Shown one piece after another: positions 9,940 through 19,896 of a DNA stretch of 64,000 nucleotides; the first letter of the stretch is position 1; every line of letters begins with the position of its first letter. Position numbers and translations under genes: made by a program. The notes beneath the pieces were generated by a model. That model had not been told where the DNA came from, made no database searches, and saw only the letters and a program-made list of their open reading frames with translations. Source of the DNA: an uncultured Actinomycetota bacterium (GTDB lineage: Bacteria; Actinomycetota; Actinomycetes; Propionibacteriales; Nocardioidaceae); assembly GCA_963782035.1 (NCBI GenBank), contig CAWAIW010000014.1, forward strand, positions 178,293-242,292, in the 5' to 3' direction.

Positions 9940-10692
9940 CTAATTCTTGCGGTTCAAGAACGCGGTCATCGCCGCGCGGGCCTCCTCGGAGGCGAACAGC
10001 CGCGCGCTGAGCGCCGCCATCTCCTCGCCGTGGGCGTCGATGCGGGCGACCAGGTCGCGGTTCAGGATCGCCTTCGACTCCCGCAGACCCTGCGGGGCAC
10101 CGGTCGCGAGCTGCGCACAGACCTCGGCGACCCGCGCGTCCAGCTCCCGGGCCGGCACCGCCTCGGTCACCAGGCCGTACGCCGCCGCCTCGGCGCCGCC
10201 GAACACCTCGCCGCCCAACGTGGTCAGCGCCGACGCCCGCGGGCTCATCCGGGCGTGCACGGTCAGGGAGATGATCGCCGCGGCCAGCCCGAGCTTGACC
10301 TCGGTGAGGGCGAAGGTGGCGTCCTCGGCCGCGATCGCGATGTCGGCGGCGGCCACCAACCCGATCCCGCCGGCGCGCACCGCCCCGTGGGCCCGGACGA
10401 CGACCGGCTTGCTCATCGTGGCGACGTACCGCTGGAGCGCCACGATCCGGCGCGCCCCCTCCTCCATGCCGTCGGCCGTCGCCTCGGAGAGGTCCGCCCC
10501 CGAGCAGAAGACCTTGCCGGCCGCCCGGACCACGACGACACGCACGTCCCGGTCGGCCTCCGCGGCCTCGAGGCCCGCGAACAGCTCGGCCACCAGCTGC
10601 CGGCTCAGCGCGTTGCGGTTGTGCTGGCTGTCGAGGGTGATGGTGGCCAGCGGCCCCTCGATGGTCTGGTGCACCAACGTGTCGTGGCTCAT
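9940..10692 (-). CDS. Enoyl-CoA hydratase/isomerase
   Basis: RNALS, FCSGADL, GAVRAGGIGL, FALTEVKLG. Confidence 0.9.
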   Translation of the reverse strand: MSHDTLVHQTIEGPLATITLDSQHNRNALSRQLVAELFAGLEAAEADRDVRVVVVRAAGKVFCSGADLSEATADGMEEGARRIVALQRYVATMSKPVVVRAHGAVRAGGIGLVAAADIAIAAEDATFALTEVKLGLAAAIISLTVHARMSPRASALTTLGGEVFGGAEAAAYGLVTEAVPARELDARVAEVCAQLATGAPQGLRESKAILNRDLVARIDAHGEEMAALSARLFASEEARAAMTAFLNRKN

Positions 10693-10697
10693 GCGGA

Positions 10698-10724
10698 CCA
10701 TCTTTCCGCACCGGCGCTCCGAAC
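10698..10724 (+). promoter_or_regulatory. Putative SigK-type ECF promoter, leaderless
   Basis: CCATCT-N15-CCGAAC, 7 bp before ATG 10732; same geometry recurs at 12282. Confidence 0.6.
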
Positions 10725-10731
10725 CACCCGC

Positions 10732-12255
10732 ATGAGAAATCGGATCGTCTACGCCGCGTACGGCGTGCTCGCGACGTTGCTCGGCGTCGCCGCGGGCCAC
10801 CTGGTCGCGTCGTTCTTCGACCCGGCGTCGTCCCCCGTCCTCGCGGTCGGGTCCAACGTGATCGACCTGACTCCCACCCCGCTCAAGGAGTGGGCGATCG
10901 CCCACTTCGGCACCCACGACAAGACGATCCTGATCGGCTCGGTGTTCGCCGGCGTCCTGGTGCTCGCGGCCGTCGGCGGCATCCTCGCGCGCCGGCGCTT
11001 CCTGCTCGGCGCCGGGCTGCTCGGCCTCCTGGTCGCCGTGGCCGGGGCGGCCGCCCTGCACCGGCCCACCTCCCACGCGAGCAGCGTGCTGCCCGCGCTG
11101 GTCGCGGGCGTCGTCGGCATCGCCGCGCTCGCGTGGCTGGTCAGGCTCACCGGGTCTCGTGACGGGCGTGACCGCCCTCCTCGACCAGCGGAGTCGCCGA
11201 CCCGTCGCGGCGTCCTGGTCACCGCCGGCGTGATGACCGTCGCCGCCGTGGCGATGGGTGCGGCCGGGCGCCAGATCGCCTCGGCCCGCGGCAAGATCAA
11301 GGACTTCGTGCTGCCGAAGCCGGCGTCGCCGGCCGAGCCGCTGCCCGAGGGCCTCGAGGCGAAGTACCCCGGCATCGCGCCGTTCCGCACGGCGAACGAC
11401 AAGTTCTACCGCGTCGACACCCGGCTCACCCTGCCGGTCATCGACACCGACGCCTGGTCACTCACCATCGACGGGGACGTGGAGAACGAGATGTCGTTCA
11501 GCTTCGACGACCTGCTCGGCATGGACCTCATCGAGCGCGACATCACCGTGACCTGTGTCTCCAACGACATCGGCGGGCCCTACGTCAGCGCGACGCGCTT
11601 CACCGGCGTCCGGTTGACCGACCTGCTCGACAAGGCCGGCATCGGCTCCACGGGCGCCGACCAGATCTTGTCCACCGACGTCGACGGCATGACGATCTCG
11701 ACCCCGCTCGACCTGGCCACCGACGGGCGCGACGCGATGATCGCGATCGCGATGAACGGTGAGCCGCTCCCCCGCGAGCACGGCTACCCCGCACGGATGG
11801 TGGTCCCGGGGCTCTACGGCTACGTCAGCGCCTGCAAGTGGATCACCCGCATGACGCTCACGACGTACGACGAGAAGAAGGCGTACTGGACCGACCGCGG
11901 CTGGAAGATCGACGCGCCCATCAAGCTGATGAGCCGCATCGACACACCCAAGGCCCTCGGCAAGGTGAAGCCCGGCAAGACCTTCATCGGCGGCGTCGCG
12001 TGGCACCAGCACCAGGGCCTCGAGGGCGTGCAGGTGCGCGTCGACGGCGGCGAGTGGCGCGACGCGACGTTCGGTCCCGACGGCGGCAACGACTACTGGC
12101 GCCAGTGGTACGTCGACTGGGACGCCACCCCGGGCTCGCACACGCTGGCCGTCCGCGCGATCGGCGCCGACGACGAGGTCCAGACGCCCGCACGAGCGAC
12201 CCCGTTCCCGGACGGCGCCACCGGCGTGCAGTCGATCGTCGTCACCGTCGCCTGA
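10732..12255 (+). CDS. Membrane-anchored molybdopterin oxidoreductase (sulfite oxidase family)
   Basis: N-terminal TMs, TRRG Tat-like motif, FYRVD, TCVSN, MNGEPLPREHGYPAR, CKW. Confidence 0.85.
   Translation: MRNRIVYAAYGVLATLLGVAAGHLVASFFDPASSPVLAVGSNVIDLTPTPLKEWAIAHFGTHDKTILIGSVFAGVLVLAAVGGILARRRFLLGAGLLGLLVAVAGAAALHRPTSHASSVLPALVAGVVGIAALAWLVRLTGSRDGRDRPPRPAESPTRRGVLVTAGVMTVAAVAMGAAGRQIASARGKIKDFVLPKPASPAEPLPEGLEAKYPGIAPFRTANDKFYRVDTRLTLPVIDTDAWSLTIDGDVENEMSFSFDDLLGMDLIERDITVTCVSNDIGGPYVSATRFTGVRLTDLLDKAGIGSTGADQILSTDVDGMTISTPLDLATDGRDAMIAIAMNGEPLPREHGYPARMVVPGLYGYVSACKWITRMTLTTYDEKKAYWTDRGWKIDAPIKLMSRIDTPKALGKVKPGKTFIGGVAWHQHQGLEGVQVRVDGGEWRDATFGPDGGNDYWRQWYVDWDATPGSHTLAVRAIGADDEVQTPARATPFPDGATGVQSIVVTVA
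11152..11191 (+). repeat. Family A palindromic unit, monomer, in frame in molybdoenzyme gene
   Basis: GGTCTCGTGAC-GGGCG-TGAC-CGCCC-TCCTCGACCAGCG; reads GSRDGRDRPPRPA. Confidence 0.85.
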
Positions 12256-12281
12256 GCGGGTCCAGACCAGACGACCGCGCC

Positions 12282-12308
12282 CAATCCGGGCGTCCCCCAG
12301 TTCCGAAT
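12282..12308 (+). promoter_or_regulatory. Putative SigK-type ECF promoter
   Basis: CAATCC-N15-CCGAAT upstream of fasciclin gene RBS (GAAAGG). Confidence 0.6.
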
Positions 12309-12338
12309 CACCAGCACTTCAACCGAAAGGCAGTTCAC

Positions 12339-13019
12339 ATGAACACCCACCGCAACTCCCGGATCGTCAAGACCGGGCTCGCCGCGCTGGCGCTGACCAT
12401 GTCGCTCGGGCTCGCTGCCTGCGGCTCCGACGACAGCTCCACCGCCGCCGACGCTCCCGCCGACCAGACGACCTCCTCGGCCCCGGCCGACGAGAGCTCC
12501 TCGCCCGCGGACGAGGAGTCCACCGACTCCGGCACCGACCCGGCCTCGCAGGTCTTCGGCCCCGCGTGCGACCAGGTGCCCACCGACGGTGACGGCTCCT
12601 TCCAGGGCATGGCCACCGCTCCGGTCGCCTCGGCCGCCAGCGCCAACCCGCTGCTCTCGACGCTGGTCACCGCCGTCAAGAAGGCCGGCCTGGTCGACAC
12701 CCTGAACTCGGCCGAGGGCATCACCGTCTTCGCGCCCGTGAACGACGCCTTCGGGGCCATCCCGCCGAAGACGCTCAAGGCTGTCCTCAAGGACAAGGCC
12801 ACGCTGACCAAGATCCTCACCCACCACGTGATCGCGGGCCAGCTGAGCCCCGACCAGCTCGCGGGTGACCACGAGACGCTGGCCGGCGACATGCTCACCG
12901 TCACCGGCTCGGGCGAGGACTTCCAGGTCGGCGCCGAGAAGGCGATGGTCCTGTGCGGCAACGTGCCCACGGCCAACGCCACGGTGTACATCATCGACTC
13001 GGTGCTGATGCCCTCGTAG
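12339..13019 (+). CDS. Fasciclin-domain lipoprotein (MPT70/MPT83-like)
   Basis: Lipobox LAAC, ANPLLSTLVTAV, TVFAPVNDAF, CGNVPTANATVYIIDSVLMP. Confidence 0.9.
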   Translation: MNTHRNSRIVKTGLAALALTMSLGLAACGSDDSSTAADAPADQTTSSAPADESSSPADEESTDSGTDPASQVFGPACDQVPTDGDGSFQGMATAPVASAASANPLLSTLVTAVKKAGLVDTLNSAEGITVFAPVNDAFGAIPPKTLKAVLKDKATLTKILTHHVIAGQLSPDQLAGDHETLAGDMLTVTGSGEDFQVGAEKAMVLCGNVPTANATVYIIDSVLMPS

Positions 13020-13080
13020 GTTGCTCCATCCGCCCGTACGGGGGTTCCCCGGGGCTGAACTGGACGGAAGGATCGTGCGG

Positions 13081-13698
13081 GTGGACCAATCACCACGCAA
13101 GCTCGGGCTCGCCGGCGACGGCGAGCCCGAGCGGCGCGCCGCCGGCAACGAGCTGGCCGACCTGCTCCAGCTCAGTGCCCGGGGGGACGAGGCGGCGTTC
13201 GCACGGCTGTACGACGCCACGGCACCGCGGACCTACGGGCTCGCGCTCCGGGTCGTGCGGGATCCGGCCCAGGCCCAGGAGGTCACCCAGGAGGCGTACC
13301 TCGAGATCTGGCGGACCGCGAGCCGGTTCGACCGGGCCAAGGGCAGCGCCATCTCGTGGCTGATGACGATCACGCACCGCAAGGCCGTCGACCGGGTCCG
13401 CTCGGCCGAGGCCGCCAGCCGGCGCGACACGACGTACCACGACACGACCCAGCCGATCGCCCACGACAGCACCGCCGACGCCGCCGAGACCAAGCTCGAG
13501 GCCCGTCGCGTGCGGACGGCCCTGACCGGGCTCACCGCGGTGCAGCGGGAGGCCATCACGCTGGCGTACTACGGGGGGTATACGCACACCGAGGTGGCCA
13601 GCATGCTCGGTCTCCCGATCGGGACGGCCAAGACACGAATTCGAGATGGACTGATCCGGTTGCGGGACGCACTGGGGGTAGGAGGTGAGACGGCATGA
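13081..13698 (+). CDS. sigK: ECF RNA polymerase sigma factor SigK
   Basis: GDEAAFARLYD, HRKAVDRVRS, AYYGGYTHTEVA, GTAKTRIRDGLIRLRD; start approximate. Confidence 0.85.
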   Translation: MDQSPRKLGLAGDGEPERRAAGNELADLLQLSARGDEAAFARLYDATAPRTYGLALRVVRDPAQAQEVTQEAYLEIWRTASRFDRAKGSAISWLMTITHRKAVDRVRSAEAASRRDTTYHDTTQPIAHDSTADAAETKLEARRVRTALTGLTAVQREAITLAYYGGYTHTEVASMLGLPIGTAKTRIRDGLIRLRDALGVGGETA

Positions 13699-14390
13699 GT
13701 GACATCCACGCTCTTTCAGGTGCGTACGCCGTGGACGCCGTCGACGACATCGAGCGGGCCGGCTTCGAGCGTCACCTGGCTGGCTGCCCGACCTGCCGTG
13801 CGGAGGTGGAGAGCCTGCGGGCCGCCTCGGCCGCGCTGGCCGAGGACGCCATGACCACGCCTCCCGCTGCCCTGCGCGATGCCGTGCTCCGCGACGTCTC
13901 CCGAGTCCGGCCGCTCCCGCCGATCACCGTGGGGGGTCCGGTCCACCGCCGGAAGTGGTTTCCCGCGCTCGTGGCTGCGGTCGTCCTCGCGCTGGTCGGC
14001 GTCGGAGGCGCTGTCTGGCAGCCCTGGCGTGACGACTCGTCGGTCACGGTGAGCGTCGCGGACCAGGTGCTCGGCGACCCCGCCGCCCAGCGGTTCAGCA
14101 AGGACCTGGGCAACGGAGTGACCGCCACGGTGGTCCGCTCCGCCAAGCTCAACCGTGCCGTCATCGTCACCGAGAACATGCCGCCGCCGCCGGACGGGAA
14201 GGTCTACCAGCTCTGGCTGCAGACGCCCAGCCGGCACCTGAACTCCGCCGGCCTGATGCCGGCCGGTGCCGACACGGTGCTGTTCGAGGGCGACGCCGAC
14301 GACGCCGTCGGCGCCGGGGTCTCCCTGGAGCCGGCCGGCGGGTCGGAGCAGCCCACGAAAGTGGTCGCGCTGATCGACTTCGAGGCCTGA
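13695..14390 (+). CDS. rskA: Anti-sigma-K factor RskA
   Basis: ZAS motif HLAGCPTC, one TM, YQLW, SLEPAGGSEQPT. Confidence 0.85.
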   Translation: MSDIHALSGAYAVDAVDDIERAGFERHLAGCPTCRAEVESLRAASAALAEDAMTTPPAALRDAVLRDVSRVRPLPPITVGGPVHRRKWFPALVAAVVLALVGVGGAVWQPWRDDSSVTVSVADQVLGDPAAQRFSKDLGNGVTATVVRSAKLNRAVIVTENMPPPPDGKVYQLWLQTPSRHLNSAGLMPAGADTVLFEGDADDAVGAGVSLEPAGGSEQPTKVVALIDFEA

Positions 14391-14392
14391 CC

Positions 14393-16501
14393 ATGGCCAA
14401 GACGACGCCGCGGCGGCTCGCCGTGGTCGGATCCGGCGTGGCCGGGCTGACCGCGGCGTACGTCGCGACGGCCGGCGGCGCGAGGGTCACGCTCTACGAG
14501 GCCGACGACCGCCTCGGCGGCCACGCCGACACCCACATGGTCCAGGGGACGGACAGCGGATCACCCCCTTGGCTGGCGATCGACACGGGCTTCATCGTGC
14601 ACAACGAGCGCACCTACCCCACGCTGCTGCGGATCTTCGCCGAGCTCGGCGTCGCCACCCAGGACAGCGAGATGTCGATGTCCACCCGCGACGACGCGAC
14701 CGGGCTGGAGTGGGCCGGCGCCATGGGCGCCGGTGGCCTGTTCCCGACCTGGCGCAACCTGGCGCGGCCGGCGTACCTGCGGATGCTCACCGAGGTCCCC
14801 CGCTTCCACCGCGCCGCCCGGCGGCTGCTCGCCGCACGCGGGGACGACGTCACCTTGCGGGACTTCCTGGACGAGCACGGCTTCTCGGCGTACTTCGCCC
14901 GCCACTTCATGGAGCCCGTCGTCGCGGCCGTCTGGAGCTGCGACCCCGCGGTCGCGCTCGACTACCCCGCGCGCTACCTGTTCACGTTCCTCGACCACCA
15001 CGGGATGCTCGGCGTCTTCGGCTCGCCCACGTGGCGGACCGTGACCGGCGGCTCGCGGGAGTACGTCGAGCGGATCGCCACCCACCTCGTGGGAGGAGGC
15101 GGCGAGGTGCGCCTGGGCACCAAGGTCACGTCGGTGCTCGAGACGGCGACCGGCGTCGAGGTGGTGGACGGCAACGGCCGGACCGACACCTACGACGCGG
15201 TCGTGCTGGCCGCGCACCCGGACCAGGCGCTGGCGATGCTGGCCGAGCCGACCGCCGCGCAGCGTGAGGTGCTCGGCTCGATCCCCTACTCCGAGAACCC
15301 CGCCCTGCTGCACACCGACACCTCGGTGCTGCCGCGGGCCCGCCGCGCGCGGGCGTCGTGGAACTTCCGCCGCGTCGACGACGAGCGGGGCCAGGTGACC
15401 GTCACCTACGACCTCACCCGGCTGATGCGCCTGCCGACCACGACGAGGTACCTCGTCACCCTCGGCGGCGAGGACCTCGTCGACCAAGACTCGGTGATCG
15501 CCCGCCGCGAGTACGCCCACCCGCTCTACACGCCCTCGTCCGTCGCCGCCCAGGCGCGGCTGCCCGAGTGCGACACCGACCGGATCGCCTTCGCCGGCGC
15601 CTACCACGGCTGGGGCTTCCACGAGGACGGGGCACGTTCCGGGCTGAACGCCGCGGAGCGGCTGGGGCTCTCGTGGGAGGAGCGACCGGTGGTCGAGGAA
15701 GGCGCGCCAGCGCCGGTCACGAGACCCCGCGAGACGACCGCGGACCTCTCACCGGGTCTCGAGACGGTCGCTGGCGCGACCTCCTCGACCAACGGGGGGG
15801 CCGTCTACCGGACCACGATCACCCACACCCGCCGTACGCCGTTCAAGCGCACGTTCACGCACCGGTCACGGACGTGGGTCGTGGACCTGGACCACCTGCC
15901 GGACCACGGGGTGCTCGCACGGTTCGAGGCGCGCGACCACCTGGGGTGGCCGCACGCGACGCTGCGCGGCAACGTCGCGACGTACCTCGCGCGGCACGGC
16001 ATCGACCTGACCACCGCGCAGGGGCCGGGCCGGATCCTGATGGCTGCGCACCCGCGGGCCTTCGGCCAGTGTTTCAACCCGATCAGCGTCTTCTGGTGCT
16101 TCGACGGGGACGGCCACGAGGCGGGGACGATCGTCGAGGTGCACAACACCTACGGTGACCGGCACGCCTACCTCGTGCACCCGGACGCCCAGGGGCGGGC
16201 GCGCACGGAGAAGGCCATGTACGTCTCGCCGTTCCACGGCGTCGACGGCCACTACGAGCTGGCCGTTCCGGTGCCCGGCGACCGACTGTCGGTGTCGGTC
16301 ACCCTGCACACCGCCGACGGCGCCGCGCCGTTCAGCGCGCACCTGTCCGGGCGTCGCACGAACGGTCGGCTGGACGCGTGGCGTGCGTCACCCGCAGGCA
16401 TCCGTGGTGCCCTCCAGATCCGAATGCATGGTGTGTGGCTGTGGGCGCGACGCCTGCGCGTGCAGCCCCGTCCACCCCACGAGCAGGCAGGTGTCTCATG
16501 A
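14393..16501 (+). CDS. Fused FAD-dependent oxidoreductase (Rv0449c-like) + DUF1365 (Rv0448c-like)
   Basis: GSGVAGL, LGGHADT, DTGFIVHN, GAYHGWGFHEDG; then FNPISVFWC, EVHNTYG, KAMYVSPF. Confidence 0.85.
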   Translation: MAKTTPRRLAVVGSGVAGLTAAYVATAGGARVTLYEADDRLGGHADTHMVQGTDSGSPPWLAIDTGFIVHNERTYPTLLRIFAELGVATQDSEMSMSTRDDATGLEWAGAMGAGGLFPTWRNLARPAYLRMLTEVPRFHRAARRLLAARGDDVTLRDFLDEHGFSAYFARHFMEPVVAAVWSCDPAVALDYPARYLFTFLDHHGMLGVFGSPTWRTVTGGSREYVERIATHLVGGGGEVRLGTKVTSVLETATGVEVVDGNGRTDTYDAVVLAAHPDQALAMLAEPTAAQREVLGSIPYSENPALLHTDTSVLPRARRARASWNFRRVDDERGQVTVTYDLTRLMRLPTTTRYLVTLGGEDLVDQDSVIARREYAHPLYTPSSVAAQARLPECDTDRIAFAGAYHGWGFHEDGARSGLNAAERLGLSWEERPVVEEGAPAPVTRPRETTADLSPGLETVAGATSSTNGGAVYRTTITHTRRTPFKRTFTHRSRTWVVDLDHLPDHGVLARFEARDHLGWPHATLRGNVATYLARHGIDLTTAQGPGRILMAAHPRAFGQCFNPISVFWCFDGDGHEAGTIVEVHNTYGDRHAYLVHPDAQGRARTEKAMYVSPFHGVDGHYELAVPVPGDRLSVSVTLHTADGAAPFSAHLSGRRTNGRLDAWRASPAGIRGALQIRMHGVWLWARRLRVQPRPPHEQAGVS
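15686..15795. repeat. Family A inverted dimer, in frame, forming the oxidoreductase-DUF1365 linker
   Basis: Two inverted units plus GACCTCTCACCGGG linker; reads [14 protein letters not shown]...PGLETVAGATSSTNG. Confidence 0.9.
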
Positions 16502-17796
16502 CGATCGACGACTCGACCCGGACCAGGCTCGCGTGGCCCGGCCTGGACCTGGTGCCGTCCGGTCCGCGCGCGGCGGTCTCGGCCGTCGTCGCCCGCCGCA
16601 TCTTCGCCGCGGCCGTGCGCCGGCTGCCGGTCAGCGTCCACCTCCGGCTCGGCGACGGACGCACCGAGACCCTCGGCCAGGGCGGTCCCGACATGACGGT
16701 CCACCGGCCCGATGAGTTCTTCGCCCGGCTCGGGCGGCACGGGCTGATCGGTTTCGGCGAGGCTTACCTCACCGGCGCCTGGGAGGCCGAGGACCTCGCC
16801 GGCTTCCTGACCGTGCTGGCCGCCGACCTGCCGACCCTGGTGCCCGCGTCGCTGCAGAAGGCGCGCGCGATCGTGGTCGCGCGGCCGCCGCGCACCCAGC
16901 GCAGCACCCAGACCAACAGCCGCAGCAACATCGCGCACCACTACGACCTGTCGAACGACCTGTTCGCGACGTTCCTCGACCAGACGCTGAGCTACTCCTC
17001 GGCCCTCTTCGACACCCCCGTGAGCCGCCACGGGGACCACCTCGTCGCGATCCCGCCGGGCGGCGACGCGGCCGGCGAGCCGATCGTCGAGGCCCAGGAG
17101 CGCAAGATCGAGCGGCTGCTCGACGCGGCCGGGGTCGGAGCCGGCAGCCGGGTGCTCGAGATCGGCACCGGCTGGGGCGAGCTCGCGATTCGCGCGGCCC
17201 GCCGCGGTGCGACCGTGCGCTCGATCACCCTGTCCACCGAGCAGCAGGCACTGGCCCGGGAGCGGATCGAGGCGGCCGGGATGAGCGACCTCGTCAGCGT
17301 GGACCTCTGCGACTACCGCGCGATCGAGGAGAGCGCGGCGTACGACGCCGTGGTCTCGGTCGAGATGATCGAGGCGGTCGGCCACGACTTCTGGCCGGAG
17401 TACTTCCGCATCCTCGACCGCGTGCTCGCCCCCGGTGGACGGGTCGGCATCCAGGCGATCCTGATGCCGCACGACCGGATGCTCGCCACCCGGCGCACGC
17501 ACACGTGGATCAACAAGTACATCTTCCCGGGCGGCTTCCTCCCGTCGGTCGAGGCGATCGACCAGGTCACGCGCGACCACACGTCGCTCCGGGTCACCGA
17601 GCGGCTCTCGTTCGGCAGCCACTACGCCGAGACGCTGCGCCGCTGGGACGCCGAGTTCGCCGCGGCTCGCGAGCGCGTGCTCGCGCTCGGGTTCGACGAG
17701 ACGTTCCTGCGGATGTGGCACTTCTACCTGGAGTACTCGCGGGCCGGGTTCGCGTCGGGGTACCTCGACGTCGAGCAGATCGTGCTCGAGCGGTGA
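16498..17796 (+). CDS. Cfa/UfaA1-family SAM-dependent fatty-acyl methyltransferase
   Basis: NIAHHYDLSN, LEIGTGWG, VSVEMIEAVG, YIFPGG. Confidence 0.9.
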   Translation: MTIDDSTRTRLAWPGLDLVPSGPRAAVSAVVARRIFAAAVRRLPVSVHLRLGDGRTETLGQGGPDMTVHRPDEFFARLGRHGLIGFGEAYLTGAWEAEDLAGFLTVLAADLPTLVPASLQKARAIVVARPPRTQRSTQTNSRSNIAHHYDLSNDLFATFLDQTLSYSSALFDTPVSRHGDHLVAIPPGGDAAGEPIVEAQERKIERLLDAAGVGAGSRVLEIGTGWGELAIRAARRGATVRSITLSTEQQALARERIEAAGMSDLVSVDLCDYRAIEESAAYDAVVSVEMIEAVGHDFWPEYFRILDRVLAPGGRVGIQAILMPHDRMLATRRTHTWINKYIFPGGFLPSVEAIDQVTRDHTSLRVTERLSFGSHYAETLRRWDAEFAAARERVLALGFDETFLRMWHFYLEYSRAGFASGYLDVEQIVLER

Positions 17797-19067
17797 CCTC
17801 GCAGCCGGTCGCCGAGCGACTGGCCGCGGTGGCCAAACCGTTCGTCGGCGGTGACCTGCCGGTGCGACTCCGCGCGTGGGACGGCTCGGAGGCCGGCCCG
17901 GCCGACGCACCGCTGGTGGAGCTGCGCAGCCCGGACGCCGTACGACGTCTGCTCCGGCACCCGGGGGAGCTCGGCGCCGCCCAGGCCTACGTCACCGGCG
18001 AGCTCGAGATCCACGACGACCTCGACCACACGCTCACCCACGCGTTCGCGGTCGCCCGCCAGCGCGGCCTCGAGGGCTTCCGGGCCGGCCCGGCGGCGAT
18101 CGCGCGCGCGGCGCGCACCGTGGCGTCGCTCGGTCTGCTCCGTCGTCCGCCCGAACCGCCGGCGACGCAGGCGCGCATCCGCGGGCGGCTGCACTCCAAG
18201 CTGCGCGACCGGTCCTCGATCGCCCACCACTACGACTTCTCCAACGACTTCTACGCGCTGCTGCTGGACCCGTCGATGGCCTACTCCTGCGCGTACTTCA
18301 CCACCGACGACCCGACGTACTCCGTCGCGGCCGCCCAGCGCGACAAGCTCGACCTGGTGTGCCGCAAGCTCGGCCTCCGGCCCGGGGTGACCATGCTCGA
18401 CGTGGGCTGCGGGTGGGGGTCGCTGTCGTTGCACGCCGCCCAGCACTTCGGCGCGCAGGTCACCGGTGTGACGATCGCCGCCGAGCAGAAGCGGTTCATC
18501 GACCAGCGGATCGCCGAGCGCGGACTGGGCGACCGGGTGCGCATCGAGCTCTGCGACTACCGCGACGTGCGCGGCACCTTCGACGCCGTCGGCTCCCTCG
18601 AGATGGGCGAGCACGTCGGGGAGGAGAACTTCCCGACGTACGTCGACGCCCTGAGGCGGGCCGTGCGCCCCGGCGGCTCGGTGCTGGTGCAGATGATGTC
18701 GCGGCCGGGCGAGAAGGGCGGGCGGTACCCGGGCGGCGGACCCTTCATCCAGTCCTTCATCGCTCCGGACATGCACATGCGTCCGGTCGGGGAGACGGTC
18801 GCGTATCTCGAGTGCGGGGGCCTCGAGGTACGCGACGTGCACGGACTGCGCGAGCACTACGTGCGCACGGTCTCCGGCTGGCTGGACAACTTCGAGGCCA
18901 ACCTCGAGGAGCTGACCGCCCTCGTCGGCGAGGAGGCCGTCCGCGTGTGGCGGCTCTACCTCGTCGGCGGCTCGATGGCGTTCCGCGACGGCCGGATGGG
19001 TGTCGACCAGATCCTGTGCGTCCGGCCGGGTGCGCCGCACCGGCTGTCGGCCGTCCGCGCGTGGTGA
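17793..19067 (+). CDS. Second Cfa-family methyltransferase
   Basis: HHYDFSN, MAYSCAY, LDVGCGWG, EMGEHVG; GTGA overlap with upstream gene. Confidence 0.9.
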   Translation: MTSQPVAERLAAVAKPFVGGDLPVRLRAWDGSEAGPADAPLVELRSPDAVRRLLRHPGELGAAQAYVTGELEIHDDLDHTLTHAFAVARQRGLEGFRAGPAAIARAARTVASLGLLRRPPEPPATQARIRGRLHSKLRDRSSIAHHYDFSNDFYALLLDPSMAYSCAYFTTDDPTYSVAAAQRDKLDLVCRKLGLRPGVTMLDVGCGWGSLSLHAAQHFGAQVTGVTIAAEQKRFIDQRIAERGLGDRVRIELCDYRDVRGTFDAVGSLEMGEHVGEENFPTYVDALRRAVRPGGSVLVQMMSRPGEKGGRYPGGGPFIQSFIAPDMHMRPVGETVAYLECGGLEVRDVHGLREHYVRTVSGWLDNFEANLEELTALVGEEAVRVWRLYLVGGSMAFRDGRMGVDQILCVRPGAPHRLSAVRAW

Positions 19068-19076
19068 GATCGACCC

Positions 19077-19889
19077 GTGGTCGCTGACTTCCTCGTCGTC
19101 GCCGGCGCCGTGCTGATCGTGGCCGTCGTGGCGATGCTGCTCACGGCGTACGCCGCGCGGCGGGCCGGCCGCGTCTCGGTCGTCGACGTCACCTGGGGTC
19201 TGGCGCTGCTCGCCGCCGCGGTCGCGTGCGCGGTCGTCGGGCCTCTCGTCTCGGATCCCGATGCGTGGCGCTCGTGGCTCTACGCGTTGCTCGTCGCGGT
19301 CTGGGGTGGGCGGCTGGCGTGGCACATCTACCGCCGCTCGCGCGGGCACGGCGAGGACCCGAGGTACGAGAAGCTGCTCGGCGCCCCGGTCACGACACCC
19401 GAGGGCCTCGGCGTGGCCGTGCGCAAGGTCTTCGTCGTCCAGGGCGCGGCGATCTGCCTGGTCTCACTGCCGGTGATGGCCGCCGCCGTGTCGACCGTGA
19501 GCTGGACGTGGGCCGTGTGGCTCGGCGTACTCCTCTGGCTGGTCGGTGTGTTCTTCGAGGCCGTCGGCGACGCGCAGCTCGAGGCCTACAAGGCGAAGCC
19601 CCGCGACCAGCGCCCCCAGGTGCTGGACACCGGCCTGTGGCACTACACCCGCCACCCGAACTACTTCGGCGACGCCTGCGTCGCCTGGGCGTTGTGGTCC
19701 GTCGGCGCCCTGGCCTCCGGCTGGCTGCCCGCCCTGCTGACGGTCGTCGCGCCGATCGCGATGACCTACTTCCTCGCCTACGCCACCGGCGCCAAGCCCC
19801 TGGAGAAGACGATGATGCAGCGGCCGGGCTACCCCGAGTACGCCGCGCGGACCTCGATGCTGTTCCCGCTGCCGCCGAAGCGCACCTGA
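19077..19889 (+). CDS. DUF1295 membrane protein (steroid 5-alpha-reductase-like)
   Basis: EDPRY, EAVGDAQL, TRHPNYFG. Confidence 0.85.
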   Translation: MVADFLVVAGAVLIVAVVAMLLTAYAARRAGRVSVVDVTWGLALLAAAVACAVVGPLVSDPDAWRSWLYALLVAVWGGRLAWHIYRRSRGHGEDPRYEKLLGAPVTTPEGLGVAVRKVFVVQGAAICLVSLPVMAAAVSTVSWTWAVWLGVLLWLVGVFFEAVGDAQLEAYKAKPRDQRPQVLDTGLWHYTRHPNYFGDACVAWALWSVGALASGWLPALLTVVAPIAMTYFLAYATGAKPLEKTMMQRPGYPEYAARTSMLFPLPPKRT

Positions 19890-19896
19890 GCCTCCC

